A stretch of DNA of 64,000 nt from Octopus vulgaris (Eukaryota): positions 26,846,001 through 26,910,000 of the forward strand of contig OX597835.1 in NCBI GenBank assembly GCA_951406725.2, written 5' to 3'. This document shows, one piece after another, positions 27,195 to 40,859 of the stretch. Position numbers and translations under genes: made by a program. The first letter of the stretch is position 1; every line of letters starts with the position of its first letter. A model generated the notes under the pieces. That model did not search any database. It was not told where the DNA came from and saw nothing but the letters and a program-made list of their open reading frames with translations.

Positions 27195-27370
27195 TCTGCC
27201 GTTACGTTCTGGGTTCAAATTCCGCCGAGGTCGACTTTGCCTTTCATCCTTTCGGGGTCGATAAATTAAGTACCAGTTACGCACTGGGATCGATGTAATC
27301 AACTTAATCTGTTTGTCTGTCCTTGTTTGTCCCCCTCTATGTTTAGCCCCTTGTGGGTAGTAAAGAAATA
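27195..27370 (+). mobile_element. SINE family A, 5'-truncated
   Basis: tctgccgttacgttctgggttcaaattccgccgaggtcgac...gtagtaaagaaata. Confidence 0.88.
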
Positions 27371-27409
27371 TATCTACCTACCTATCTATCTAGATCTATC
27401 TATCTAGAA

Positions 27410-27459
<50 letters not shown>

Positions 27460-27478
27460 ACCTGTCTATTTACATCTA

Positions 27479-27518
<40 letters not shown>

Positions 27519-27564
27519 TCTATCTATCAAGCTAGCTAGCTAGCTAGCTATCTGTCTATCTACT

Positions 27565-27958
27565 CTCTCTTTTACTCTTTTACTTGTTTCAGTCATTTGA
27601 CTGCGGCCATGCTGGAGCATCGCCTTTAGTCGAGCAAATCGACCCCAGGACTTATTCTTTGTAAGCCTAATACTTATTCTATCAATCTCTTTTGCCGAAC
27701 TACTAAGTTAGGGGTACGTAAACACACCAGCATTGGTTCTCAAGCAATGTTGGGGGACATACACAGACACACAAACATATACACACACATACATATATAT
27801 ACGACGGGCTTCTTTCAGTTTCCGTCTGCCAAATCCACTAACAAGGCTTTAGTCGACACGGGGCTATAGTAGAATACACTTGCCCAAGGTGCTACGCAGT
27901 GGGACTGAACCCGGAACCATGTGGTTTGGAAGCAAGTTTCTTACCACACAGCCACGCA
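27565..27958 (-). mobile_element. SINE family B
   Basis: Complete body and tail. Confidence 0.9.
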
Positions 27959-27961
27959 TGC

Positions 27962-28495
27962 GCGTTGGAAAGCACTGGAGATAGGATACATCCTTGCTGA
28001 CCCCCCACCGTGTAAAGAATTTCTCCGATGTTATTGTTTACGCTGGGACTAGGATTTTTCCTGGTGCGGATATCAACAGGGGTCATGATTTGGTCACGAT
28101 GACAATGAAGCTCAAACTGAAAAGATCTACACGGAAAGAACCATACGTATTAGATTTGATGTAGGTAAATTGAAAATCCTAGGGTCGTATCGGAGTTTGA
28201 GGTGAAAGTGGGTCGCAGGTTCGCAGCTCTTGAACGTCTTGAAGATGATATAAACCGCCTGACTATCAACATCAAAGAAACACTTCAGGAAATGGCACTA
28301 AGAGTTCTCGGGAGAATGAAAAAGAAACCATTGGTCACTGATGACAATTTGGATCCGTGTGATTCCAGACGGGACCCGAGGGAAGCTAACGTGTCACGGA
28401 AATGTGTCAGGGGATAAGTCAGTAATGCTAAGAATAGGAAGGTTAGGACGAAAATGAGGGAAGCCAAAGAGGAATGGATAGAAGACCAGTGCAAA
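27962..28495. pseudogene. RTE-clade LINE remnant: inverted RT piece (-) abutting endonuclease/linker piece (+)
   Basis: Minus 27962-28050 gives TVGGQQGCILSPVLSN (RT motif QGCILSP). Plus 28057-28495 gives FPGADINRGHDLVTMTMKLKLK...NRKVRTKMREAKEEWIEDQCK. Confidence 0.8.
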
Positions 28496-28549
28496 ATATA
28501 CTATACTACCTGTTGAAACATTTACACACAGGATACATACGTACATACA

Positions 28550-29052
28550 TGGTGGCTGCCCCCTCGTTATCGAGTATGGCTATTGCACGAAGTTTAATCA
28601 ATGTTGTTATCGTGCAATGCCTGTGCAAGAAGATTTTTTTTTAATGTGAGGAAAGGCTGTGCACTGAGTCAATCACACTCACTAAGCAACAGCAGCCATA
28701 ATCCGAAAAGAAGAACAAGTCAACATCATCGGTAACCACTGACCCGCAGGTTTTATGTCGGAGTTATCCCAGTTACGTGAGTTGCCTTCTCCTAGAAGGA
28801 TGCCCTAACAAAGGCTAGGAGTCCTTCACTCCCAATGGTTTAACTACGCGATCGGGTATTCAATCCGATTATTTATATGTCCCCGCGCATGATACAGCTT
28901 TAAGACATTTATTGGATGGCCGTTGACTCTCAAGAGTTCATCCGCCCATTGACGGGTTTTGTTTTTCATCCCGCAGGGTGACCAATAAACACCCTCCTCA
29001 CCAAGCGAGCTTGGTGGGGTTGCTGGTTTAGTCGCCGACGACCCGACCATGC
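28550..29052. mobile_element. Unclassified interspersed repeat, possibly RTE 5'UTR-related
   Basis: Higher-complexity block between (TACA)n runs. gagttgccttctcctag...aaggcta resembles RTE 5' regions (recognition only). Confidence 0.35.
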
Positions 29053-29091
29053 AAATACATACATACATACATACATACATACATGCATAAT

Positions 29092-29154
<63 letters not shown>

Positions 29155-29162
29155 TAGGCAAT

Positions 29163-29260
29163 GCGGGATGGCGTCATTTAAAGGCTAAAACAATGCGAAG
29201 CGCATTGTGACCAGCGACGTGTAGCAAAATCTGATAGCCTGGTCGGTCACGGTGATCACG

Positions 29261-29303
<43 letters not shown>

Positions 29304-29411
29304 ATCACGTGACCGACCAGACCATCAGATGTTGTTACACATCGCTGGTCACAATGCGTTCGCATTGTTTTAGCCTTCGAATGACGCCACCCCGCTGGCT
29401 AAGCGAGCAGG

Positions 29412-29413
<2 letters not shown>
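29163..29413. mobile_element. Inverted pair of isolated SINE-C type-3 tails around (TA)n
   Basis: 29163-29264 (+) and 29298-29413 (-) both match 53873-53990. Confidence 0.85.
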
Positions 29414-29470
<57 letters not shown>

Positions 29471-29874
29471 GTCAGGGATTATCAATCCGGTCGAAATGCT
29501 TCATAAGCTCTCTGTTGGCACAACGGTCTAACAATATTGTTTCGATTAGTGAAGAACCTCAAGTATCCTCGTGGCAAGGTCCGAGTTTTGTGGTTCATCA
29601 AACTTTTATATCGTAAATCCATGATTGGGTCAACCTGGTTTTAACAGAAAGGTATGCATGGCATAAATAATGGTCATTGCATATTTTACCTTCATTAGAT
29701 CAAATATGGCTTACAACTGTTTCCGGTAATCCTTATAGGTACGTTACTGATAGGCTTATTCAATCGATCTATTGATCAGTTGAACGACCTATAAATATTA
29801 ATGCTTCATTTGTCAGAGCCATAACCAGAAATGGCTGGGACGAAAGTGATAGGCAAGACCGACTAACAGACAGA

Positions 29875-30533
29875 TTGTTTTGTTTTGTCTGTTCCTTCTC
29901 GAGCCATGCCTGGCTCATTAGGACCGGTTTCCCGGTTTCCGTGGCGCATAGGTTCCCCACCTGGACGAGACGCCGGTCCGTCACAGGTGAGCTGCAAGAT
30001 GCAGGATTGAAAGAGTGAGAGAAAGTTGTGGCGAAAGAGACAGCAGAAGTTCGCAATTACCTTCTGCCGGAGCCGCGTGGAGCTTAGTTGTTTCCCTTAT
30101 AAACACACACATCGCCCGGTCTGAGATTCGAACCCGCGATCCTTCGACCGCGAATCCGCTGCTCTAACCACTAGGCTATGTGCCTCCACACCAGAATAGG
30201 CAGACCGACTAACAGACAGATTGTTTTGTTTTGTTTGTTCCTTCTCGAGCCATGCCTGGCTCATATGGGCCGGTTTCCCGGTTTCCGTGACGTATAGGTT
30301 CCCCACCTGGACGGGACACCGGTCCGTCGCAGGTGTGCTGCAAGATGCAGGAGGAAAGAGTGAGAGAAAGTTGTGGCGAAAGAGACAGCAGAAGTTCGCA
30401 ATTACCTTCTGCCGGAGCCTCATAGAGCTTAGGTGTTTCCCTTATAAACACACACATCGCCCGGTCTGAGATTCGAACCCGCGATCCCTCGACCGCGAAT
30501 CCGCTGCTCTAACCACTAGGCCATGTGCCTCTA
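29875..30533 (-). mobile_element. Tandem duplicated SINE family C, tail type 2 (29875-30189, 30221-30533)
   Basis: Two near-identical copies, each preceded by the same flank gaccgactaacagacaga. Confidence 0.9.
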
Positions 30534-30669
30534 TACCAGACAAATTAGTTAATCAAATTCAAACAGTCTGATTTTTACATTTTACTTTCTCCCTGACTTT
30601 CTTCCAGCCCTGTATTATCCCTTCTCTTCGGTTCCGTCCTCCCCGACACATTTCGTTTCATAAATCATT

Positions 30670-31010
30670 GAGATGTATTTGCTCCTTCATCCATCAACCA
30701 CCTACACATACGCCGGCGATGCAACATTCTTTTCTCCCTGAATTTCACGAGATCAAATTACACGCCAAACATGCATTGGTTCCATAAACCGAAGGCCCCA
30801 AGAGAATCCTTCACTGGGGTTATGCTGACCTTGTCTTAAGCGCTTCATGACTATTCGCAGCATCTCATCTCAAAAACATGAGCGGCAATCCGCTGAGCGA
30901 TCAGTCCTCACCGTCAATGCAAAAGCTGAGCTTCGTTATCACAGTGGATCTCTCCTAACAAATTCATATAAGAAGCATGGCTGGAACCACATTCTAAAGA
31001 CGGATAAGAG
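30670..31010 (+). pseudogene. Jockey/CR1-group LINE RT remnant
   Basis: TYAGDATF (decayed YADD) at about 30706, then RILHWGYADLVLSAS* (compare W...NLV.FNASKT). Frameshifted. Confidence 0.55.
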
Positions 31011-31459
31011 ACGTCTTGGCGCAGCCATTTTGGCGTCGTTTATTTGGCGCCGATTTAGTTGACAACGGATGTTTTCATGTTTCTTTCTTCCCCTCCATCC
31101 GTCTCACTCCTCCTCTCTTCCTTCCTCTCCCGCTCTCTCCCTCTCTCGATCCTTCACCCTCTCGCTACTTCTCTTTCTCTCTACCTCTCTTTATGACAGT
31201 AACTGTTCAATTGATTCATTGCATTCTCACCCTCCCTTCCCCATCTCTCTCTTCCCTTTCCCCCCTCTCTTTCTCTCTCTCTTTCGGTTTATGCATGTAA
31301 GCATATTTCTCTGTGTCGATGTCAACGGTATTAAATAAATAATTTGTGATCTCTCTCTCTCCCTCTCTCTCGCTCTCTCTTCCCTGCCCTCTTTCTCTCC
31401 TCCCTGCCTCTCTTTTCCTACCTCTCTCCCTCTTCCCTGCCCTCCCTCCCTCTCCCTCC

Positions 31460-31515
<56 letters not shown>

Positions 31516-31532
31516 GCCTGTCTGTCTATCTA

Positions 31533-31577
<45 letters not shown>

Positions 31578-31588
31578 TTATTTATCCA

Positions 31589-31621
<33 letters not shown>

Positions 31622-31717
31622 TATATATATATATTACATATATTATATATATATATACATATATTACATATATTATATACATATATTATATATATTATAT
31701 ATTACATATATTATATA

Positions 31718-31751
<34 letters not shown>

Positions 31752-31758
31752 CTGTCTG

Positions 31759-31886
<128 letters not shown>

Positions 31887-31927
31887 CCTATCTCTCTATC
31901 CGGCTATCTCTCTCTCTCCCTTCTATC

Positions 31928-32000
<73 letters not shown>

Positions 32001-32004
32001 TTTC

Positions 32005-32401
32005 TCTTTTTTTACTTGTTTCAGTCATTTGACTGCGGCCATGCTGGAGCACCGCCTTTAGTCGAGCAAATCGACCTGGGGACTTATTCTTTGTAAGCCC
32101 AGTAATTTTCCTAATGGTTTCTCTTTTGCCGAACCGCTAAATTACGGGGACGTAAACACACCAGCATCGGTTGTCAAGCAATGCTAGGGGGACAAACACA
32201 GACACACACACATACATACATATATACATACATATATACGACACGCTTCTTTCAGTTTCCGTCCACCAAATCCACTCTCAAGGCATTGGTCGGCCCGAGG
32301 CTATAGCAGAAGACACTTGCCCAAGGTGCCACGCAGTGGGACTGAACCCGGAACCATGTGGTTGGTTAGCAAGCTACTTACCACACAGCCACTCCTGCGC
32401 C

Positions 32402-32402
<1 letters not shown>
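32005..32402 (-). mobile_element. SINE family B, full length
   Basis: Near-consensus copy. Confidence 0.9.
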
Positions 32403-32457
<55 letters not shown>

Positions 32458-32792
32458 CTACGTCTGTTTCTTAGACCAGGTGTTGCGTTGTCTGCTCTGC
32501 AATCACTCCAACACCTGTATTGTGGTACAGGCTACACCTGTTCAGGCAACGTCGTAAGGCAACGTCGTTCTGATGAGGGAAAGGAGCCAATGTCCGGCAC
32601 AAACAGTTGGTCACCATGAAGACATAACTGAACACTTAAGCACCGTCTTCGGTGGGAGAGTCCATCATATATATGTAATAGACGTATATTTCTAATGTAC
32701 TTGTTTCAGTCATTAGACTGCGGCAATGCTGGGGCAGCGCCTTGAAGACGTTTTAGTCGTACGAGTGTATCACCAGTACTTTTTTTTTTAAT

Positions 32793-32882
32793 CCTTGGGC
32801 AAGTGTCTTCTACTATAGCCTCGGGCCGACCGAATCCTTGTCAGTGGATTTGGTAGACGGAAAGTGAAAGAAGACCGCCGTA

Positions 32883-32960
<78 letters not shown>

Positions 32961-33492
32961 GCCCACCCCAGTCGCTTGACAACCGATGTTGGTGTGTTTA
33001 CGCCCCGTAACCAAGCAAAAGAGACCTACAGAGTATGTACTAGGCTTACAAAAAAAAACAAAACAAAAAAAACAAAGTCTTGGGAACGATTTCTTCGACT
33101 AAAAGTCCCTCAAGGCAGTGCTCCAGCATGGCCGCAGTCAAACAATTGAAACAAGTAAAAGAATAAAATAATACACACACACACATACATACATACACAT
33201 CGTATACAAACAGATTCACATTTATCCATGCATAGATACACATATACGTATATATGTGTATGCATGTGTGTGGGGGGGGTGTTTTTGTCCCACCCACCCA
33301 CAATATCGCTTGACTATCGATGCTGGTGTGTTTAGGTCCCCGTCACTTAGTGGTTCGGCAAAAGGAACCAATAGATTAAGACCAGGCTTACAAAGAATAA
33401 GTCCTGGGGTCGATTTGTTCGACTAAAGGCGGTGCTCCAGCATGGCCGCAGTCAAATGACTGAAACAAGTAAAAGAATAAAAGAATAAAAGA
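32793..33492 (+). mobile_element. SINE family B, 5'-truncated copy (32793-33165) plus a second 3' half (33280-33492)
   Basis: B body and tail motifs. Confidence 0.85.
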
Positions 33493-33923
33493 ATATATAT
33501 ATAGCCATAAACGATGAACGTGCTCTGCAGACAAACTGGGACTTATCCTGTAACAATGTTTGGATACTGCATTTAACGACTACTTACTAAACCTTAATTC
33601 CTTAAATTTAAATTTGATTTATATATATATGTATTTACCTTTTCTGTGAAGCTAACAAGCTTTTTTAAAACCTTTTATAAAACTGTGCATCATTATAGAA
33701 CTTTTGAAGTCTGCTTACAATCTAACTTTGCTTTTCATAGAACTCTCTTCGATACTTCATGAGTGTAGACTCACCCCCTAGGATGTTTGGAAAACTCATA
33801 TGTGTTTTGGCTGATGAGTACGGGACACTTGTATTTGCTGGAATATTTGCAGCTTTTAATAAAGCTGTTCTTCGTATGAAATAATTGTACTGAAAAACTA
33901 ATCCATTCTTGTTGCTTTTTTCT

Positions 33924-33967
<44 letters not shown>

Positions 33968-34202
33968 TATATAAAATTAAAATCAAAATATGGGTGAAAA
34001 AATTGGATATTAATTTAATAACATCAATTTAACACCAAGTGATTTAGCGCATAAAAAAACTGAGATTTAGTAAATATTAATACACAAATATGAGAGAGGA
34101 TAGTTGTGCTAATTTTTCTTGAGAACAATTCTTAGTGGTTGAGACCATTGCGGATCTATTTTTAGCGATAGAGCATCCACATAGTGGATTCTCTCTCATA
34201 TT

Positions 34203-34262
<60 letters not shown>

Positions 34263-34653
34263 TTTATATATATATATATATATACACATATAAAAGTAGA
34301 TAAATGGTACAACAAGGCACCAATAATTTACTGGAAAATAGCAATCGTAATAAATACGACGCTATTGTATAGCTTCACTGCGTATATACTAGCAAAGACG
34401 CGTGTGTGTGCAACAAACATGAAAAAAAATTGCCTTACCTCTAGATTTGAGGAAGTATAAAAATAAATTATTAGTGCAAGGGAGATAACTGTACATTTCT
34501 TCACATGATTTTCTCACCGTAACTATCTCTCTTGCTTTTACACTCAGCATTTGTTTTCCGACCGCCTCTCAGTCTCTCTCTCTCTCTTTCTCTTTCTCTC
34601 TCTCCCTCCCTCCCTCTCCCTATCTCTCCCTTTTCTCACTCTCTCTCCTTCTC

Positions 34654-34699
<46 letters not shown>

Positions 34700-34802
34700 C
34701 AAACAGGTTTCTCATTGAGTTCAAAAACCCAGTAATCTTCGTAGGGGGCACGGCCGGACGGAGATTAAAATTTCATATTATCGAATATCAAATTAGATTG
34801 AG

Positions 34803-34893
34803 AGGCGCGTGGGCCTAGTGGTTAGCGGGTGACACAGTCACGGTCCCAACATCGTAGGTTCGATTCCAGGACCGGGTCATATGCTGTGTTTGT
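34803..34893 (+). mobile_element. SINE family D-like tRNA head
   Basis: ggcgcgtgggcctagtggttagc...ggttcgattccaggaccggg. Confidence 0.65.
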
Positions 34894-35394
34894 GGTAGTG
34901 GTGGTGGTGGTGGTGGTGTTGGCTGAAACAAGTAAAAATATAAAGAATAAGGATATAATAGGGATTTTTTAAAACAGTGGATGGCTATGGGGGTGGGGAC
35001 CAGTGGGGTCAAATAGGAATCAGAAGGGTCTGTAGGGGTAAAATGGTTGGGAAATACTGCTCTAAAAAGAAAAGAAAAAGAAAATTTTGGATCACACACC
35101 CCACCACAATTTTCCCAGGCCCCATCGGTGGGGAATATGCCCCACGACGGGAATCACTGATCTATAATAAAGTGCCACAGAAATATTTTTCGCGACGCTT
35201 TAACGAATCTCCCAAGATCCACCAACCACAACAAGCGAAAATTCTCTAGCACAATTAAAAGGGAGGTAATTCTGTATGTCTTGGTATTACCAATTTGTCT
35301 ATCTTTTCGTTACCTCAAAGAAGCACCGAAAAACTTCCTCTGCGATGTCATGGCAATTTAAAAGATGACGTCATCATAAACTAAGAGATGATGT

Positions 35395-35750
35395 ACAGTA
35401 ACAACCTCACTTTACGAGGACTCGCTTCACGAGACCCTAGATTTACGAGTTTTATTTTTCAGCTCACTTTTGTATGATGAGATGAAATTTTTCAAGCACA
35501 AGATCCAAATTTTGAACGAAGTGCAATAGTTTCCACTGCCATAACAAATGTTTCTGCGCGTTACCGAGAAATTTAGAGAGAGAGTGAAGAAAAGCCGCTT
35601 CTAAGCAAACAACTCTAGACTTGATTTTTAAAAAGATATCTACGAATACGTCTACGAGTGCTTGTGAATCGGCGATCGCGTCTACAAGTGATGGTGTGCG
35701 TGAGTCTAGTGCGAGTGAAAGTGATTCAGAAAACGATAATAATAATGATA
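35395..35750 (+). mobile_element. pogo/Tigger-like remnant
   Basis: TA|cagtaacaacctcactttacg terminus and a KQTTLDLIFKK-like C-terminal motif at about 35603-35635. Confidence 0.5.
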
Positions 35751-35753
35751 ATA

Positions 35754-36324
35754 TTCGGTGGTCTGGAAAGTTCGTGCCGATTTTTAAAGGAAAGAAAAAG
35801 GTCAATAAATACTTGCCATTACATTTTTAATAAACTAAATATGAACCCTTTTGTTGCACAATGCGTCTCCATCTTTCCTTTAACTTAAAAAAAAACACCC
35901 TCTTCCCAGAATTGAGGTGGTTTCATGGCAATGAATTCATCAAGGTATCTTTTTACGTCATCCAAGGAATTGAAATTTTGACCATTAAGACTATTCTGCA
36001 GAGACCTAAATAAGTGGAAATCCGAAGGAGCAATATCTGGTGAATATGGAGGATGGGGTAACACATCCCAGCCGAGCTGCAGCAATTTTTGTCTGGTTCC
36101 CAAAGCATCAAGTGCCGAAAATGAACTTTTTTATCTTCCACTTTTAAAGGGTTACAGGATTTACACAGGTTATAGAAACATAAACCTTCTTCCACGAAAA
36201 GATAGCTTAAACTGTGCTCTAAATGGCAGTGTAGTCAAATCCTATTTAATGGACTCAACCATGTTCTAAAATAAGTCGAAAGGTAAGCTACTATAAATCA
36301 GCACGAACTTTCCGGACAACCCAA
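35754..36324 (-). mobile_element. Internally deleted mariner transposon
   Basis: ~30-bp TIRs (ttcggtggtctggaaagttcgtgccgattt / aaatcagcacgaactttccggacaacccaa) with TA on both sides. N-terminal EDKKVHFRHLML is fused to LGWDVLPHPPYSPDIAPSDFHLFRSLQN. Confidence 0.93.
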
Positions 36325-36453
36325 TAATATTTTTTATTATAAATGATCTTGACATTCATTTTATTTTACATAAAACCCTCTTTACATTCTACTGGTGCTG
36401 GTTCTATAGGTCTCTCTCTCTCCTTCTCTCTCTCTTTCTCTCTCTCTATTTAC

Positions 36454-36521
<68 letters not shown>

Positions 36522-36636
36522 ATCTTTCTCTTCTTCTCTTTCTTTCTTTCTTTCTTTCTTTCTTCCTTCCTTCCTTCCTTCCTTTCTTTCTTTCTTTCTT
36601 TCCTTCCTTCCTTCCTTCCTTTCTTTCTTTCTCACT

Positions 36637-36721
<85 letters not shown>

Positions 36722-37057
36722 TGAAACGCTATGCTAAGGAGACGTGAACAAACTAATACTGGTTGTTATGCGGCGGTGGTGGTGGTGGTGGAAACCCACG
36801 CCGCCATCTCTTCAGTTATCCGGCCATCGAAACAGTGGAGTTTTATCATGGCTACCGAATAATTGTCACATATTATATTTACAGATAAATTCCTCTATTT
36901 ACATAATATCGTTCTTTTGTTGTCTTGCCAGCACTATTAATATATATATATATATATATATATTGTTCGGTTGTAGATTCGTTAGAATCTAAGGATATCA
37001 ACGTTTAAGGCGCCAGGATTTGCTGGGAACGAAGTACTGGACATGCGCACGCACATA

Positions 37058-37107
<50 letters not shown>

Positions 37108-37479
37108 TTCTCTTTTATTCTTTTATTCTTTTACTTGTTTCAGTCATTTCCACTGAGGCCATGCTGGAGCGCAGTCTTAAAGAGTTTTTGGTCGAAGCAA
37201 TCGACCCCAGGATTTATTCTGTGTGTGTTTGCAGGTGAGTGTGTGTGTGTATATATCGTTATGTGTTTCAGGCTTCATTTGTGTATGCGTCTGTGTGTGT
37301 GTATGTGCTTGTCTGTTCATATAACCTATGTACCTATCCGTCTGTATGTCTATCTGTTTACTTTCATATCCATATACTTACATACATACGAATACACAAA
37401 TACACATATACACAGAACCATACACACACATACATACATCTATCTACATAACAGCCCACTTACCGTTCTGCTCTACCTG

Positions 37480-37760
37480 TATAAACTGTGGGTATGGTGT
37501 ATGATATCTTCTACGTATATTTCCTATTTTGTATTGGGGAAGTTTCATTTTATGAGGACATACTCCTGTATTTGTCTGAGTGTTGGGTCCTTTGGGTGCT
37601 TGGATAAAGTGCGGATGTCAAGTTGACCCAGGTTGCTTCCATGTTGGTCCTTGTCATGCTGGTAGAGCATGGAAAACTCTGTTTTTTGTCGTCATATTGT
37701 CTCAAATGTTCAGTTAGTTGTTCCGCAATGCTCCTAAATGTCTTCCCTGTGTATGTCATG
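37480..37760 (-). pseudogene. PLE GIY-YIG endonuclease C-terminal remnant
   Basis: YTGKTFRSIAEQLTEHL..., frameshift, then LYQHDKDQH...LDIRTLSKHPKDPTLRQIQEYVLIK (Y.G.T..R..EH and R.I.E...I pattern). Confidence 0.65.
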
Positions 37761-38144
37761 CTCTTTACAAAGAACTTCTATGCATCTTATGAACAGACAT
37801 GCACACATACAGACACATACTCAAATGGAGACTGAAACACATGACCATATACACACACACTTCACTTCACACAAGGATACACATGGAGACACACATCCAG
37901 ACATACAAACACAGTACATAGTTGCAAAAAAAACCATACATACACACACACTCAAACATGCACACACAAGGAGACAGAGGTACACACACACACGCACATA
38001 CAAACACACTCACACACACATATGCAAACACACACACATACATAAAAACACACAAACGTGTATGCACACAGACACACTGACCCACACACATGCGTACAAA
38101 GAAACAAACAAAAAGAACGCAGCTCAGATAACAGACAGAGTCAG

Positions 38145-38336
38145 CGATTATTGAAAAGGTTGCAAGACGCAACGAAAATTTTAGAAAAAAAGTAAATAAG
38201 TAAATGAGTGGAAACTTTACCGGTGTGTGTGTTAAATAATAAGGCGCTAAAAGAGAATGACTCTCTCCAGACACAACGAAAGATGCTTCAACACCCGAAC
38301 TCACATAAAGAACCTTGCAAACCAAATCCAAAAACG
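38145..38336. repeat. Unclassified interspersed repeat, inverted copy at 47030-47212
   Basis: gaaaaggttgcaagacgcaacg...ccttgcaaaccaaatcc matches the reverse complement of 47030-47212. Confidence 0.75.
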
Positions 38337-38357
38337 ATATATATATATATATATATA

Positions 38358-38426
38358 CTTTATTTAAAGTACAGAAAATTCAACAAAATCTGTTACTCTG
38401 AGCTTCTCGTTGCTGTTCATCAGACA

Positions 38427-38432
<6 letters not shown>
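38358..38432 (-). mobile_element. PLE-like terminal fragment with degenerate hammerhead
   Basis: Minus strand AAAACTGT-CTGATGA-ACAGCAACGA-GAAG-CTCAGAG-TA-ACAG. Same family as 47642-47799. Confidence 0.65.
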
Positions 38433-38471
<39 letters not shown>

Positions 38472-38473
<2 letters not shown>

Positions 38474-38583
38474 GTGATCACGTGACCTACCAGACCATCA
38501 GATGTTGTTACACATCGCTGGTCACAATGCGTTCGCATTGGTTTAGACTTCGAATGACGCCACCCCGCTGGCTAAGCGAGCAG

Positions 38584-38586
<3 letters not shown>
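38472..38586 (-). mobile_element. Isolated SINE-C type-3 tail within (TA)n
   Basis: Nearly identical to 29298-29413, with the same end point. Confidence 0.85.
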
Positions 38587-38659
<73 letters not shown>

Positions 38660-38662
38660 GTA

Positions 38663-38748
<86 letters not shown>

Positions 38749-38749
38749 C

Positions 38750-38789
<40 letters not shown>

Positions 38790-39627
38790 ATGCATGAGCA
38801 TATGTACATATGTCTGTGTGTGCGTGCATGTTTGTGTGTGTGTATGTGTCTATGTGCATGTGTGTGTGTGTGTGTGCGTGAGAGAGAGAGAAGATATATC
38901 GCAGATAAATTCAACTGATTTTAACAGTATATAACTAATATAGAATCAGGAATTTTAAAGAGGAGAAGGAGGAGGAGGGCGACGACGATGGCGACGACAT
39001 ATCGACGACGCCGACGACGATGGCAGCGGTAACGCGCTCGATGATAACGTTAGTTTGTGGGAAGATATTAAGGGAGGTAATTCCTACATTACGTGCTATT
39101 TGTTGTCTCCCTTGTAAATTGAGCCCACTGTGACTTTTTTGTAGCGAAATTAAATTTCATGATGATTCCAGTAATGTTTTTTAAACATCTACTCAAAATA
39201 TAGTATTTGTACTTTTCATACTTTTACATTGTTTCAATAAGCTTAACATATCTCAACGGAACTAGTTTCAAATACAGCATTCCTCAAAGAAAGTTTGGTA
39301 TATTAAATTGTTTTCCACACTTAAGTGTGATTAAATTTCGAGTGGATGCATCTGATTTCTGCATTAAAAATCTTAATCTGTTGAAACAACTTGCATATTT
39401 TTGAGTCATGGCTGCTGGGTTTGCTAGAAATGCCAGCCAAATCTCCTTCAAATCATACTTTAGGAGCTTAACTCTTTAACAAGGAAGTGAAATTTCATGA
39501 TTATTCCAATAATGATATGGAAATATCTGTGTAGAAAATACTACTGGTATTTTCTGCAAGTCACGTTGCCCCGAAACCCTTGACATACCTCGAGAAGAAA
39601 CAGTTTCACATACGACCTTCCTAGCCA

Positions 39628-40233
39628 AGGTGGCGAGCTGGCAGAAACGTTAGCACGCCGGGCGAAATGCGTAGCCGTATTTCGTCTGCCGTTGCGTTCT
39701 GAGTTCAAATTCCGCCGAGGTCGACTTCGTCTTTCATCCTTTCCCGAGAGTTTCGTACGTTAACACTTAACAAGTCTGCTAAATATTAATAAAATATATA
39801 TATATATATCTTTTTATTCATGCTACAGAGATCCCCCCTCCAATCCTTTCTCAGATTCCCGCTTGGTGGTCAGGTGGAAAGCAAACCATTCTGATCTATG
39901 TATTGCTATAACTTGCTGTGAATAAATAAATAAATAAATACTTTCGTAGTCATTACCTTGATCTGTCTGGGAAGCTATAAAGGGGTCGATATAATCGACT
40001 TAATCTGTTTGTCTGTCCTTGTGTGTCCCCTCTGTGTTTAGCCCCTTGTGGGTAGTAAAGAAATAGGTATTTCGTCTGTCGCTACAATCTGGGTTCAAAT
40101 TCCGCTGAGGTTGACTTTGCCTTTCACCCTTTCAGGGTCGACAAATTATGTACCAGTGAAACACTAGGATCAATGTAATCGGCTTGTACCCCCCACCAAT
40201 CCAATTTAAGGCCTTGTGCCTATAGTAGAAAGG

Positions 40234-40236
<3 letters not shown>
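39628..40236 (+). mobile_element. SINE family A multimer, interrupted at about 39743-39981
   Basis: Head at 39628, junction aaagaaata|ggtatttcgtc at about 40065, tail ggccttgtgcctatagtagaaagg(att)n. Confidence 0.8.
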
Positions 40237-40301
<65 letters not shown>

Positions 40302-40303
40302 CA

Positions 40304-40859
40304 TTGAGTGAGAGAGCAGTTCATGCCATCAAAGTGACACTGGGGTAAAATATACGAAGCCCAATATACCCATCATGACTACCCGTCTGATAAAGGTACA
40401 CCAGGCACATGCATCACAACCATATGTGCGCGACATGGTGATCTCATATCAAGATAAACAGCACATGACCTTGCAGGTGGGGCCCAGTTAGAATTTTCTT
40501 CAGGTTGAGTAGCCCATCCCGCTCAAAGGATCCCTGAATAAGGGTTGTTTAAGGATGTTGAAAGAACCACCCATGTTTCCAGAGGTGAATTATTCAAACC
40601 CCAAAGAATCCCTCTCAACACATGGCTATGATGCTCCCCCACTACTTCCGCTCGTGATCAGAGATGCACATATCGTCAGCCACTAAGGGACATGCTGAAC
40701 TGGTTAAGGTCAAACAACTGACAAGCAAATCTGTGGTATTGAGCAGAATATTTGCTGTAGCCCATCTTTTATACCAAGACAAAACAATGTACATGATAAC
40801 ACTTCCAATCAGTTAAGATCAGAAGCCATGAGAGCCACTGCCTGGTACTGCATCAGGGC

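Noticed and set aside
32570-32610. Hammerhead at ctgatgaggg (also ctgatga at about 10898, 14875 and 33812)
   Set aside because: There is no GAAA with stem II and stem III at suitable spacing.
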